In this document: positions 1-13,164 of the stretch, piece after piece
Layout: each line of letters opens with the position of its first letter
Numbering within the stretch: the stretch's first letter is position 1
DNA from: Ophelia neglecta
Taxonomy: Eukaryota
Direction of reading: 5' to 3'
Assembly: GCA_965285935.1 (NCBI GenBank)
Contig: OZ260661.1
Location: forward strand, 125,550,001-125,614,000
DNA length: 64,000 nucleotides
The notes under the pieces: generated by a model
The model's input: the letters and a program-made list of their open reading frames with translations, nothing else
What the model was told of the DNA's origin: nothing
The model's database searches: none
Program-made: the position numbers and the translations under genes

Positions 1-1549
1 AATAAGTGCACTTAGATGGCAACCCAAATAACATGATCGACAATGTGTTCTCTACTCTCAATCAAATCCGCCCTTTTTCGATTCATTCCAAGTAGCGTAT
101 TTGCGCTATTGCAGACCAAGGTCAATATGCTAAATTGGCTATTCGCATCTGTTAACGGAACCCTAGAAGGTTGAAATACGCCAATGATAGCAGTCAATTT
201 CATCTACGCATCAATTTAAACAACCTGTCATACTTTTACTCTCGGCGAGCTTTGGGCTTTCCGTGCTTTCGCCCCAACATTAGTAAGAAACCAGTTCAAG
301 TCGTCACCGAGTCAAGATGCCATTCCTTTCGGACCATATTTACACATAGCAATACTAATTACTCAAAAACTATATCGTTTATATTACTTCTTACCTTCAC
401 ATTATGCTTTGGATTGTGACCATATATAAATGGATAAACTTATGAAATTGCATGATGCAATTGCATGATAAGTGCATTGCCTTATATTCTTATATGAAAT
501 GCTGCTTTATAACAGATATAAGAATATATTATAATATGGAACACATTGTTTTGTATAACATTCTTCCGCATTCCGTGTTAATACAAATTTAGCCACGAGA
601 AGGAGAAGGTACGATTCTTGTTTTGGTTTCATCCAAAACCACGAGATTATTTATTTTGTGGTTCGGACGTGACAATTAGTGGAGTGCACATAAGATCTGA
701 ACAAAACTGTTAGTCACTACCACAATTTTAACACAAAAATAAATAATGTGCGCGTTATGATTTAATGTTAGTTTAATAAAATAAGGCGCAATGGTTTTCC
801 TGCAGTCAGCTAGAAAACGGCCCCTATTATAAGAGATCGCCGAAAGGTTTACTTAATCCTTTATTTAAGTAAACTGTGTCAAATTTAGCGGGCGAATTCA
901 GGAGAGTAGAACGATACATTTATCCTTACTAGTCAGAGAGCCAGCTTTCAAAAACATACGAGAGATATACAAAAGAATTGGTGAATTAAAAAATGAATGC
1001 TAGACATAAGGTTAGAAAACCATTGCCAAAAAACGGAGCTTTAAACCACATATACTCCATTTGTCGCAAATAAACCCTGCTATACCCAGGTTTGGGGGCG
1101 AAGAGGCGCTGTAAATGGGATTACTTTTGTTCCTGGACTTGTCCCCGCGAGCCAGTTTAGATCACATATTAAACAGTCATCAGTGTAACCGATGGATCTG
1201 ATAAGAAAAAAGGGTAAATGTAGCTTCCTGTTAACATCATAGACCCAGATAAACACAATCAATATACTGTACTGTTCCCCAAAGAGAAGCAAGTGGTCAA
1301 CGTAAGGGCTAATATTAAACAAAGCCTAAGACAAGTTTTAGACGTAGTAAGCATCTACGGTAAACTTTTGCGTAATATTTTTTGCCTCCTATATACCGAT
1401 GTTAGACACCAAATGTCTTAACTACGGCGTATATTTCGTCGTAGGGTATATTTCGCGCAAATGATCAAAGGTCACCACATCCCATGCCTGGTCAAAATTT
1501 CTTGTACATCAGGGCCAATAACGATCATGCCAAAAATTGTTTCACTCAC

Positions 1550-2081
1550 CTGGGGCCACATACTCAACGCCTACACTGTGAAAATGTACTGAACGTACTG
1601 GGTTGTGCATTGACTTCACTAAATCTTGTATGAGTGAATATGTAAAAATGCCGGCAAACACAGACAGCATAATATACACCAAATTAAGGCTCGCTCGTAA
1701 GCATCGTTTTCGGAAGGGGTCTTCCTGGAGGTATATGTCGTCCGGGTCATCCCCTTTCAACGCCTTTCTGTGTGTGTTGAACCAATAACATTCTGTACAA
1801 CGTTGGCCATTTTTCTTTGAGTTCTGGTCTTCTACACACTTTTGTTTACTGAGCTTAGGGTTAAGGTAGAAGGTTCTGGTTTTATCGTTCCCTGAACTGT
1901 GACATGGATTTTTCTTTTTCTCCGTCGGAAGTCCATACTCACAGGACTGTTGATGATAATTCCTTTCTTCTAGGGCTAGCTCGTTTTCACAATTTGACAA
2001 AACAGAGTCGGTATCAAACGAGCACGTTTTATCCATGGCAGATGAGCGAGGACTTTTGTCCTCTGTGACAGACGTAGACAT
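1550..2081 (-). CDS. PACC1: PAC/TMEM206-like proton-activated chloride channel, variable N-terminal+TM1 exon A (partial CDS, continues after splicing)
   Basis: ORF 1542..2081 contains RKRCLRASLNLVYIMLSVFAGIFTYSLIQDLVKSMHNPVRSVHFHSVGVEYVAPG, matching human PAC TM1/post-TM1 as I recall it (VYRTITDFREKLKHPVMSVSYKEVDRYDAPG). It ends at CCAG|GTGAGT (GT at 1549-1548); 532 nt = phase 1. Start could alternatively be the GCCATGG Met at 2036. Confidence 0.85.
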
Positions 2082-2257
2082 AGAAAGTCAATACGGAACA
2101 AAAACCATAGAGCTAGCTTGCAGCCTCCCTTCTCCAAGTGTGACTATTTTGACAGTACCTTGTCCTAAAGCGTAAGTCCTGGCAGTGTCAAAGGAAAACG
2201 TCTTTTGGTGACTGTCCCGATCGTGGATAACGCTTCAAACCACCCCCTGCGCACCTT

Positions 2258-2366
2258 GCTCAATTGCGCGGCACACAATTCTGATAACACCGCTATCAAC
2301 AACACCAGCCTCTAAATTACTTACGTACCACCAGCCCAGCAATCAAGATGTGTGTTATCAAGTCCA
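2258..2366 (-). other. Upstream homology block of exon A (shared with B, C, D and the 29.9 kb orphan)
   Basis: Plus strand GCTCAATTGCGC..ACAA..CCGCTATCAACAACACCA..TAAATTACTTACG aligns with 13098-13164; GTGTGTTATCAAGTCCA resembles ATGTGTTAGTAAAGTCCA near 62577-62594; TAACACCGCT recurs at 22929-22938. Confidence 0.6.
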
Positions 2367-5300
2367 ACGCGTTCCTTGTGTCAATTTGATCCCTGGTAAC
2401 TAGTCTGACGAGGCCGTGCGACTGCAATGACATTATTCTCGGTTCCTTTTTAGCGCAAATTAGCCAAGGCCAATTTTCATTCATGAACGATAATCCTTCG
2501 TTATATTATTGTGTTTCGTGGCTTTTTTAGTAATGCCCAGGCATCAGGGTTTGTGTAATTCATGTTTTTGTTACAATAATAATAGTGCCAGTATTATTTA
2601 ATGTGCCTTTCATTAATAACATGACAGCTAGTATAGTTTGGCTGACCTAAGCACTTACAGCTCATGGCTTGCTGTGTAATGCATCGCATAATGTAGTTGT
2701 TTTCTCATACGAGACACATATTGGCGTAATCGCAGTTGTCAGTTTAGTACATTCCTATATATAATGTTCTGATGATAAGTTGCATAAGTGGAATATGGTG
2801 CAAGGCCATGTCATTTAAATTGAGAATGGGCGAAGAGAAGTGTCCATGTGTATCGAAAGGCCATGTGAACTCCGCTATTCCTGCAATTCAGTACGACATT
2901 CAGTTCAGTGCCGTATCAATCCAAAAACGGGAGTAAATACCCGTCGAGCAATCAATAAACCGCAAGGGATTATCAAGTAAATCGAATTCTTTAGAACCCG
3001 AAACTTAAACTCCCGGCTGCTAATGATGAATACGATTGTGGCGAAGAAAAATGACAAAAATAAATAAATATATGCTGTGCATATGTTCATGATACCATCA
3101 ATACTTATACTCAAATCATATGTACCTTTGATCAAATGTGGTAGATTATTCACATAATGTATATCAAATATGCAAAGTATTGTTTTTCAGCAGATTGCAG
3201 AATTCAAAATCATATTGTAATACCATATTAGATCAGAGCAATTCTCTGCAGCCAAACGGCCATGCATACAGCAGACAGAGATATATCGATAATATCATTG
3301 AGTAGGAAAGTGAAAAATCGGTCGCTGAATACTCCTATATCGTATATCGTTATGTCAGACCAATACTGTAAAGGAGAATGAGTGTATATCTTGTACGCTA
3401 TAGAAAATCGCAGGGCTAAATGCAGCATCCTGGCTTGCCCTGCCTTCAAGCATAGGCCGATTCAGTGTCAATGATGAAAATGCCAAAATATAGCCTCACC
3501 ATTGACACAAATTGCATAAACAGTTCTCTAAATAATGGTGTGTGCATTATAAAATTAGTTTCATTATTCAGACTACCTTAGGGTTATACTAAACATATTA
3601 ATATTAATAAGGTTATGTCGTTCCCTACCAGCTTCCAAATTGCAATTGTTTATTAAATTAACAAACGTTTCTTTGCTGAGCAGCAGGCAACAGTGTTTTC
3701 ATCACTTTATCGTCGTTTTCAATCGCATTATGGTCCCGCTTGGTATGAGGTAATTCCGGCTAATGGAAGTAGATGACACGAAATTGCGAACAAATTGGCA
3801 ACATATTGCATTCTGTCCAGTACTTAATAGTGATGCGGCTTTTCCAAAAGAGGTTTAACTTGGAAGCTAGCGTGCATATCAATCATTTAAATTTTGTCAG
3901 CAAATTAGAAAATCATCAGCTCAAAGCGACGGGTTGCTGTTCAGAGCATTTCGTCGTGGTCGCCACAACCTCGCATAGTGGACCCATCTAGAATGTAAAT
4001 ACGCTTATCGAATTCGTCCATTATCATGCCACCATGTTTTTAATATACGTCCTGTGGAGAACTGATTATATACTACATTTAGAGATTGAGCTTATTTGTT
4101 TCTGTAAGGCATCCTGAAAACTATTCTAATATCAATTACAAGGCTACACTTAGTAAATAAATGACTGGAAAACGAATCGATTAAATAACCATTACCCAAA
4201 CAAACGCTAGTAAATCCCTCCGCGAAATGCGATAAGATATGTGTGTTTCGGTTTACTGGAATTGCCAAGTCTCCTATTTAGGCGGTAATAAGAGAAATAT
4301 ATTAAGAGGACTATCATGCTGCAAACAGTCTATATGAAGCATATTTTTATACAAGTTCCGATTTACAGACCGTGATTTGATATTATGCAACAAATTTAAT
4401 TTCAGTCGTGACAAGCCAAACATTTCCTGCAAGTATTCCATTCGAACAAAAACGTTCTGAACTCGGCACATGTACCTCTTAATGAAGGAAAACTCATTAA
4501 TTTATACTGTTTCGCAATATAAACCTCACTGTCCCTCACTCCAAACCACCGCACTTGTGCAAACGTGAATAATGGCTTCAATTCTCCTGTGTCGCTTGTA
4601 TATTCACACATGAAGTGGCGATATGAATTTCCACCCTCGTCAAGTACCAGTATGAGACCGGTCGCCCAGCAACAGTGATGACTAATACCAAGCTGAAGCC
4701 TGTTTATCGTAGACAAAAGCTAAAACGACTCAACGACACATATATGAATGAGCTACAAATCGAGATAGAATTGACGATATAAGTCGCAGTATGCAGCTGA
4801 AATAAGAGTGGTCCAATTCGTGTATTTTATAATTAACGTCTTATTAATCTTTCCTCGAATTTCACACCTCGATATAAACAGATACAAATTTATGATGCAA
4901 TTTCTGATACAATTTAAAAGTGGACTGAGCTGCGATTTATTCGTCAGTGGAAATCAGATATCATTTACCTGCCACCAGATGCTACATATCCTAGTCCTGT
5001 TTCATACTGGTACAAACACAGATTGACATAATTTACAACATCAGACGTTGTGCATTAAATCAGCAAGGAAAAAAAACTAGTCAAGGTACTGCTGTATATT
5101 ACTATGGGTAAGTTATTCTGATCATTATAGAGCCATCAAGACTGATGTCTAATGATTTGTATAATTTAAGACAGCATACACGCCCTTTGCCATTTAAGCA
5201 TCAGAAGAACCCCGCAAAAATAAACAGCGATCGACAAGACGCCCAAGAACCAATTCTATTTTCATTAGAACTTTCCAGCCAGCAATACGAGTTAGAATTA

Positions 5301-8300
5301 TCTTTCCGCTTGGCAAATTAACTTCATTTATTATTGTGCCCAGATTAAAAAAACTTAATTATAATGCATATTCATAGAGGTTGAATGGCACTTATGAATA
5401 CGCCATATCGAGGAAGAACCAATCAGGAGATATCTGATTAGAGACAGAGAAGAACGATACCATGACAATTTACGTCGAATAAGTTACCAAAGCCTATGAT
5501 AAAGAATGAAACATGACAACACCAAGCAAACCGTAATGAATGTACTTCCTCGGACAGTCTAGAAGATGTGAATGACAACGCACTACCTACCAAACCAGTC
5601 ATACGGCTAAAATTCCGGATACCATTCCATTGCAAATATATCAAGCTTTAACGAGGACAAATTAAGTCCTCTGGAAGCACCCCATACCCCCCCCCCCCCC
5701 ACCTCGGACGATGGTTCTGTGAGTATTTGTTCTACGATATACAATCCTCGCAATACATGGTCATGAAGGCAAATAAATATGCATGTGGTTCTGATGTAAC
5801 GAAGCAGGAATTACGTTTAGAGGCAGCATTGCCATCTACCATATACAATCGTCGAGGGATTGTCACTCTGTCTGCCTAGCCCTCGGACTCTTAGCGGGAG
5901 ATTACATTTTGCCTAGACATGTCTGGGAAATATTCGGTGGGAGTAATAAATAAAGCATGGGCTTGTTTTCTTATGCAATTGTTGCCACTCAAACTCTATC
6001 CACAATAATTGCGGGAAGAAACATGGTCACCGGAGTTACTTCCTAAGCACGTGGTGACTAACAAACCGCTTTCTTTAATGGGTCAGGTATATTACATTTC
6101 TTATATCCGACAGGCCACCAATAGCCTTTTGCATCATAATGTACCATCACATGGGACGAAAGTAAAGCTCCCCGACGACGAGGCCATGTTTAATTAAACA
6201 TGCGACAGTGGCAAGGTCGGGTCTCCATGCAGGACCTAGTATTACCCGAAACTAAAATAATGCATACTGAACCCTGCGGATAAGGCATTAATAAGTAATT
6301 ATTCCGGATTCACACGACCAACTGTCCCCTTCTGAGTGGCTTATGGGTATTCAGTCATAAATTGGTGTCCGTTAACGTTAAGTTTTAGGATCCAGTTTCC
6401 ATGATAAACAAAAAGGATCGATTTGGATACATCGCCCATTTCCTACTGAATGAGCTCAAGTGCGCTTTTTAATACAAAAGCAAGGAAAAGAACATGTCAT
6501 ATAAAGAAAAACTCAATTCGAATTGAATGGAAAAGACAAGGTGGTTAAGGTAAGCAAAAACAATGGCACACACTAATATTCAGCCAATCAGCGATTAAAA
6601 GCATGTTTGAACAAACGTGCCTTAAGCCTTGATGTATAGTCACCGGACATCTCATACCGTTTGGCAATATCTGCCATAGCTTAGATCCATATACATGAAT
6701 AGAAGATGCTGTGTCACCAGCCGTGACCAGTCTGGAAATTTGGCGGATGATAAGATATAAATAAATATGAAGGTGAGCAACTTTCAAAATGTTCCGAAAG
6801 GAGACAGGCCATGCAGTGCAGGGCAACATTGAGCGAATGCAGCGCTCGGCGAAAGGGGGATTACATGTGCCCTCCTACTGACAACTAATTCCCATAAGAC
6901 ACAACTTAAAGGAATTGCAGCAGTCCAGTCGTGTAATAAACAGAGCAATATATGTTTTTTGGTTATATCGTTTAATGATTTAACTGAAATGTGGTTGTTT
7001 TAATCACGGGGGGGGGGGGGGGGCATGGCGATGGACCATAAGTCCCGGATTACATACTGGTCTTTCTTGAGTAATGACGTGGTTTCGCCAACTGCAATGG
7101 AGAGTGTATTGCGCGCAGTCAGTTGGCACTATCCCCTAGGCATTGTCAGAATTATGATTTAGAAAGTTGTGGACATTTACCAATAACGCTCAATGGAAGA
7201 GAATTATTAGCCTATAGATTCAGGAGACCAGGGCTTTAAAGCCAGATAAATCCGAGGACCTTGAGAGCCCCCTCCCCCCTACGTTTAGGCCAAGGAGCTG
7301 CATCGGAGCTTAGTAAGCCGGGTTGGTTAGCCGAATGGAGAGCCTTGTGCAGCCCGTGAGTACTCATGTAATCATGGAGCCGAGGAGCATGAACTACCTT
7401 AAGGAATAGAAAGGAGGACAGTAGGCCACATATTCGTAGTTTTTCGGTTTGTCGGGGTCTACGCCAGTTTTCTCACAAGATGCGCACAAGTTATGTTAAA
7501 AGATATCCCAATGGGTAAATGAAGAGTTTGTTATTGGGGACAAAGTTGCCTATACAGCACCCACTGCAAAAGAAGCCAAGCGGTACTGCATCAATGGAAC
7601 ATGTGGATGATGGTAATTTTCCAATAGTTTTGCATACTTTAGCCTCGGATACCATGCACAAGCGTAAAAACAGAGCAACATGTATCAGAAGTTGCATTCA
7701 TTGTTGACTGATTTTGGTCTGGGACCACATTTTATACACATTTAAATGCTATTTCTTTTTCACCTAAAACGAAACTTTTTCAACAGAGCCACTGACATGT
7801 TACGTTCATAGAGAGCAGTCTTACCGTCATACCTGCACTTATGCAGGATCCCACGTGGACCAGGTGCAAACCAAGAGATCAGCATAGGTGGTTTACAAGC
7901 CAATTTCAACTGACCACGGATTCGGGGTAGGGTTGGGGTTATGGAAAACTATCTCGATGGTATACTTACGCTCTGGGTGGGATCACAGCGATCTTTGAAG
8001 TTCGTACGTCTAGTCAATGTGTAATAGAACTGTGCGACACGTTTTCTATTGCGTGTAGAGCTGGTGCTATGATTATTATGATATATTACGTAGTTTTAAA
8101 GTAATACCAATTGTAATATACCATTAAATCATAAGCCCACATCAGCGAAGCACACGCTACTGGATACTTTAGTGGCCCCTCGATCAAAATCAATGTTTAC
8201 TAAGGTTAGTAGGGCCGTCAGGTATCACTTTTATATTTATTTGCTAATTTGGGAATATGGCTCGAAAACCATGGACAATGTCGCATACACACCATTGCAA

Positions 8301-11300
8301 TTTATACTATGTGTACTAGTAGTTCAACCAATGTACAAGCGCTGATTAACACAGGGCACTAGAGTCTAGGATATCGCCATAATGCAATTCTTGGCAAGCA
8401 TTTTGGTCGTGTTGTGCCTACACGTTATTAGACACAACATAATCCCTTCCTAAGCATAAGAGGTTGTTATGTCTAAAATTAAACAATCGAGATGTAAATA
8501 AATGTTTCATCTACATTACAACAAACGTATTTACCATTAGAGTACACACCTCTAGATTCTGAATAAACTTAACAAACAGTAAATGAACTATTTTGTTCTA
8601 ATTTAGTATAGTTATCAATAAGGTGTTATTATCAAGGGAAACTTCGTTCAATTTTTAATGTATATACATGTATTTGGTTGATCAACATTCTGTCTGGTCA
8701 ACGTTTGGTGTGAATTTAGTTTTTTTTGGGAATTGACAGTATGGGCAGGATAAAATGGGAAGACACATAAATACAATTAAGCTTTGTTTAGTAGTATATG
8801 TTTAGGATTATGATATATATCTCATAAATCCAAAATACATAAAATCAACTAAGATATATTTCCAACTAAACGGTGTCACAGGTTCAGCGAGACGAGCGGC
8901 GCGAGTGCTTATATTATCGCCCCCTTTTGAGATAGCGCAGATTGACCATTTGGCAGTAAGAGCTTGCAGCATTTGAAAGCCATTATGTTTATTGGTATTG
9001 TAGGTTCAATATGAATCGTTATATCATACGACAGAAGCTGTCTTGGAATAAGATCAGACTGAGTTACTGAGTTGTCACGACCAAGGGCCATTCTTTAAAC
9101 TACGATAAATAAACAATGGAAACAACCCACGCAAAGCAACTGTTATCATATAGTTGTGTGGTAGGTCGTTTGTAGTTTTATGCAAGGTAAAATAAAACCA
9201 ACGATATATAGCGATAGAAAATCATTCCTGGACGCATTCTTGTCTCTTTAGATCGGTAACATGAGAATATTTCGTTAGGTAAATACTTGTTATCTAAAGC
9301 CATGGCGAGGCATGTCAGCATTCTTCAGTATCTGTGAGGAATAAACATTTAAATATATGCATTAATCATTGATAATTGGTAATTCGTTTTTAGTTCCTGT
9401 GCTGGCCAAACCATATCTGTCCACTGATGAAATGGACAAACCATGCATGGCAATGTTAGGTGAACACAACCGAAACTACGTTAAGTCACCATGTCCTTGT
9501 TTTCTAAACCTTAACCCTCAGAACAATGCTGTTAGTAGTATATTATGCACTTTTATTCAATTTGTCGGCAACTAATATTTACCATGGAGCAATCATTTTA
9601 CTAAAATAAAATACACTTGATCGTTAATATGAACAACAAATATGGAAAGGGGAATGAAGCTTCTCATATGATCAACTCTTTAATTAATCAATTTATTCTA
9701 TTTCGTAGCTGGCCATACACGTTTGCATTGGTAACATGAAGAGGATGGTGAGGATTGTCCTTGAGTTTCATTTACTAATACCAGTACCAGTCATTTGTTG
9801 TCTTGGTAAATGATAATAAATGCCCCGACTCAATATAGTTCGGAAATTAACATACAATCACATAATAGACCAGCAAACCAATTACATCAGATCCGAGTTT
9901 ATTCCATCTAAATTGTGTTACAGACTTATTCACTGTTATGGAATGGCAAATTATGATGTTCTCGGGTGTACAATTATTGGTTCAGGGTGAACTCCAACTG
10001 AACTATGACATATTACATATCACAGTCATTATTCTGTCTTCCATACATGAACTCGAGCATTTTCCTTGTATCCATTGAGTATACATATCTATGTTCATTA
10101 TTGTATCTTATTTACGCCAAGCAATATACAGGTAAATCCAATGTTATATTTAAGGAATTTAACTAAGTTTGTGGGAGTATTGACCAGGATTCCTTTAAAT
10201 ATTAGAAGGTCCGTGGACAAGGAATAAACAACATTTTGTCATAGGAAAATCAAACGAAATGTCACGTTTCTACTAACGATAGGTTATAGGGCTCTGAATA
10301 ACAGAGAATAGCTAGTATGTCTGCGTGACCTGCATCTAATTCATGACCTTTACAGGATAGTCCGGGATACAGATACCGATTTACCTATTATATCGGATAT
10401 TTTAAACTCGAAATAGTAGATCAAATTAGTTTTTCCTGTGGTAGGCAAGAAACATCTCTGCCTACATAGATGAACAAAATACTGATTATCATAAAATCTG
10501 ACAAGATTTTAATTGCGGAGTCCAATAAGTGCATTGCGACATTACTTGTTAAATGATGATGTTAATAAATATATATATTTATGTGTTATCATAGAGAGAC
10601 GATCTGATTATAATAATTGATTGTTATGCAGATGCTGGTGAAAGTCCATTCGAATAAGACCAGATTTAATGGTCCATGTTAGGTAATATGGCAAATACAA
10701 TTTGCCGCCACCATAACCGATAATAAAGATTAAAAAAAATTAAGGTTTTAGAAACCTGTACAAATGATTTCTTCTTCATCAGTTAAAAAACTATCGAACA
10801 TGTTTTGATAATAACATACTTTACTTAGGCCTTAGATTTTCAGATTAAGGTAGGTAGGTAAGGATATAATTCTATTTTATTGGAAAATACTATCACAGAG
10901 CGTACGGAGTGGTTATTGCTGTTTAAAATTATGGGTGTTATATTGACAAAAAGCAAAGCCCACAAATTGCAGAAAGGGGCACTTCCACTAAGATCAAAGA
11001 AGAAAATAAAGCAAGGTGTATGACCCTCAAAATTTCAATAAATAATAACTTCAAATTCATAATCTTCTAGATAAACTTAAGAAGATTTTAAAAAGTATGT
11101 CCCTGAAATCATTGATATGCTAATGCACGATTATTGTTGGTGAAGAGATTGGTAAGCAACCCTACTTTAACATTTTGGGCGAGATATGCACATTATAGAG
11201 ATGTATTTACAGACTTGTTTCTTTATGGCAGGTAAGCAATCACAAATTTCCCACATCGCCTGCAGACAGACACATTGTTTGCCAGACAATGCAGCTTAAA

Positions 11301-11550
11301 ATAATAAAGGCAGAGCCGTTTGTCTTGGGTCGGACGGGTAACCGGAACCTCACATATTATTTTGTTTGGCCTAATTTTTGTTAATGCAAATCTTTTATGA
11401 AACAAGATATTTACCTTAATGGTGCTAATGCTAAGAAACTAGAGTAGATTCCAATCAGGAAATTCATGACCATTAAACTGGAATTATCCATTACATCGAC
11501 CCTAATTATATCAGCATGAGTCGGCTGCTAGCCCACAAATATGAATTCTC

Positions 11551-11707
11551 AGCTTAGTTTCCAATTCCACCAATTAAATTAAGCTAGGTCCCAGCTGCAC
11601 CAATTAAAATATGCAAGTTTCCAGCTCCGTCAATTAAAATAAGCAAGTTTTCAGCTCCATCAATTAGTATAAGCTAGTTCTCAGCTCCATGAATTTAAAA
11701 TGAGCTA
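11551..11707. repeat. 30-bp minisatellite, about 5 diverged copies
   Basis: Units such as AAGCTAGGTCCCAGCTGCACCAATTAAAAT, ATGCAAGTTTCCAGCTCCGTCAATTAAAAT and AAGCAAGTTTTCAGCTCCATCAATTAGTAT with period 30. Confidence 0.9.
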
Positions 11708-12402
11708 TGAAACTACTTGGAGACTAACATTTTGCAATCTTGCAAAAGAAGTTTCTGCAACTGCCGTACATTGTGCATATAGAAAATAAATGTTTAGCTA
11801 TTGTCACAACAATGTTACTAACAGAAAAGACGCAATTGGCTGCCCATAGACAAATCAAAATCAAAATTACCAGGTACTTTTTGGTCCCCATTGTACATGT
11901 GGGAAGATACCTGAGGAGCAATCTCGTTAGGACCATTGAGAGCGATTCAACTTGTTACCATAACACAAGGTGACAAATTAGCGTTGACATCACCGCTACA
12001 TGGTGTCGTCATATAAAGTATGTTGTAGAGATATTATTTTGTAAACGATATCATGTCAGTAAATGAACTAAACATTTAAACAGTTCAGGTATGGCTGAGG
12101 CGAGAAGGGAATTTTGCTTAGTTTTTCAATACACGCTAACAATAACTGCATTTGAAACAAGGAACTACGGCTCAACATAAGATATCAGAACTGAACGAGT
12201 CAGCTGCATTGGTCAGATAAAGTAAATGTTAACTGTAGCATATTGAACAATGATCTGTCCAATTTGAAGAGTCATAGTTTTTGCTTCTCTAGTTGTAACT
12301 AAAAGATAAATAAATGTTCTCAGAACTGTTTAAATATATAGCTTTGTCCATAAGGGTGAAACATTGTAATGTAGGAGGTCCCGATAAAGCCCTGTCACTC
12401 AC

Positions 12403-12883
12403 CTGGTGCCACGTATTCCTCGTCTATTCTGTGATAATGTATTGAACGCACCGGATTGTCCATCGACCTTACTAAATCCTGTATTAGCGAATATGTAAAG
12501 ACACATGCAAACACAGCCAGAAGAATGTACACTAAGTTAAGGCTGGCCCGTGAACATCGTTTCCCTAAGGGATCATCCTCGAAATAAATGTCGTCCGTAT
12601 CTAATTCTTGCGGTGTGTTCCGGCGCCTTTTAAACAAAACACATTCTGAGAAATAACCTCCACTCTTATTGGTTGTAGTTTGTTCCGTGGCCTTATGTTT
12701 ATTGAGTTTTGAGGTAAGATAGTATGAACGGATTTTATCCTTAGCAGGACGCGTACTGGCAGTTGGCATTTCTTCTCTTGGAAACCTTTCAACGCTGGAT
12801 TGATGGCAAATTCCTCTTTGTTCTACCGAATGCCCAATATGGTCGGATGACAAAATATCATCCAACGAACGTGCTCCGTTCAT
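12403..12883 (-). CDS. PACC1: PAC/TMEM206-like channel, variable exon B (partial CDS)
   Basis: ORF 12395..12883 has KRCSRASLNLVYILLAVFACVFTYSLIQDLVRSMDNPVRSIHYHRIDEEYVAPG; donor CCAG|GTGAGT (GT at 12402-12401); 481 nt = phase 1. Confidence 0.85.
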
Positions 12884-13097
12884 GATGGAAATGCGTTTGA
12901 ATATGTCATTTGTGGAAGCCTACAGGCATGGAGAGCCCGAGTGTGTTATCACAAGTCCATCAGCAGAAATGGCCAGATGCGGTGGGAGAGACAGTAGCAT
13001 CCCAGGTCGCTTTCACCTCCGACCTGGGCCGGTTACGTGAGTGGCCTGTTGATGACTGATCCTGTATCTGGATCTATACCAGCCTTTTCCGGCTGTC

Positions 13098-13164
13098 GCT
13101 CAAGTGCGCATTAAACAACGCTCACAAGCCGCTAGTCAATAACACCATCTATAAAATTATTTCG
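13098..13164 (-). other. Upstream homology block of exon B
   Basis: GCTCAAGTGCGC..ACAA..CCGCTAGTCAATAACACCA..AAAATTATTTCG is collinear with 2258-2325. Confidence 0.6.

Noticed and set aside
1603-1788. Plus-strand ORFs overlapping the cassettes (1603..1788, 22173..22535, 61923..62111, 62388..62585)
   Set aside because: Antisense shadows of the real minus-strand exons; they resemble each other only for that reason.
1550-2081. Alternative assignment of the cassettes to DEG/ENaC or P2X channels
   Set aside because: No HG motif or FPAVT-like post-TM1 signature; D....PV.S..Y..V..YDAPG matches PAC specifically.
5687-7023. Poly-C/poly-G tracts (about 5687, 7008, 41232, 42717, 55556)
   Set aside because: Simple homopolymers with no consistent position relative to the cassettes.
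11551-11707. 30-bp periodic array as a CRISPR
   Set aside because: Units are contiguous with no unique spacers, there are no cas genes, and the context is eukaryotic.
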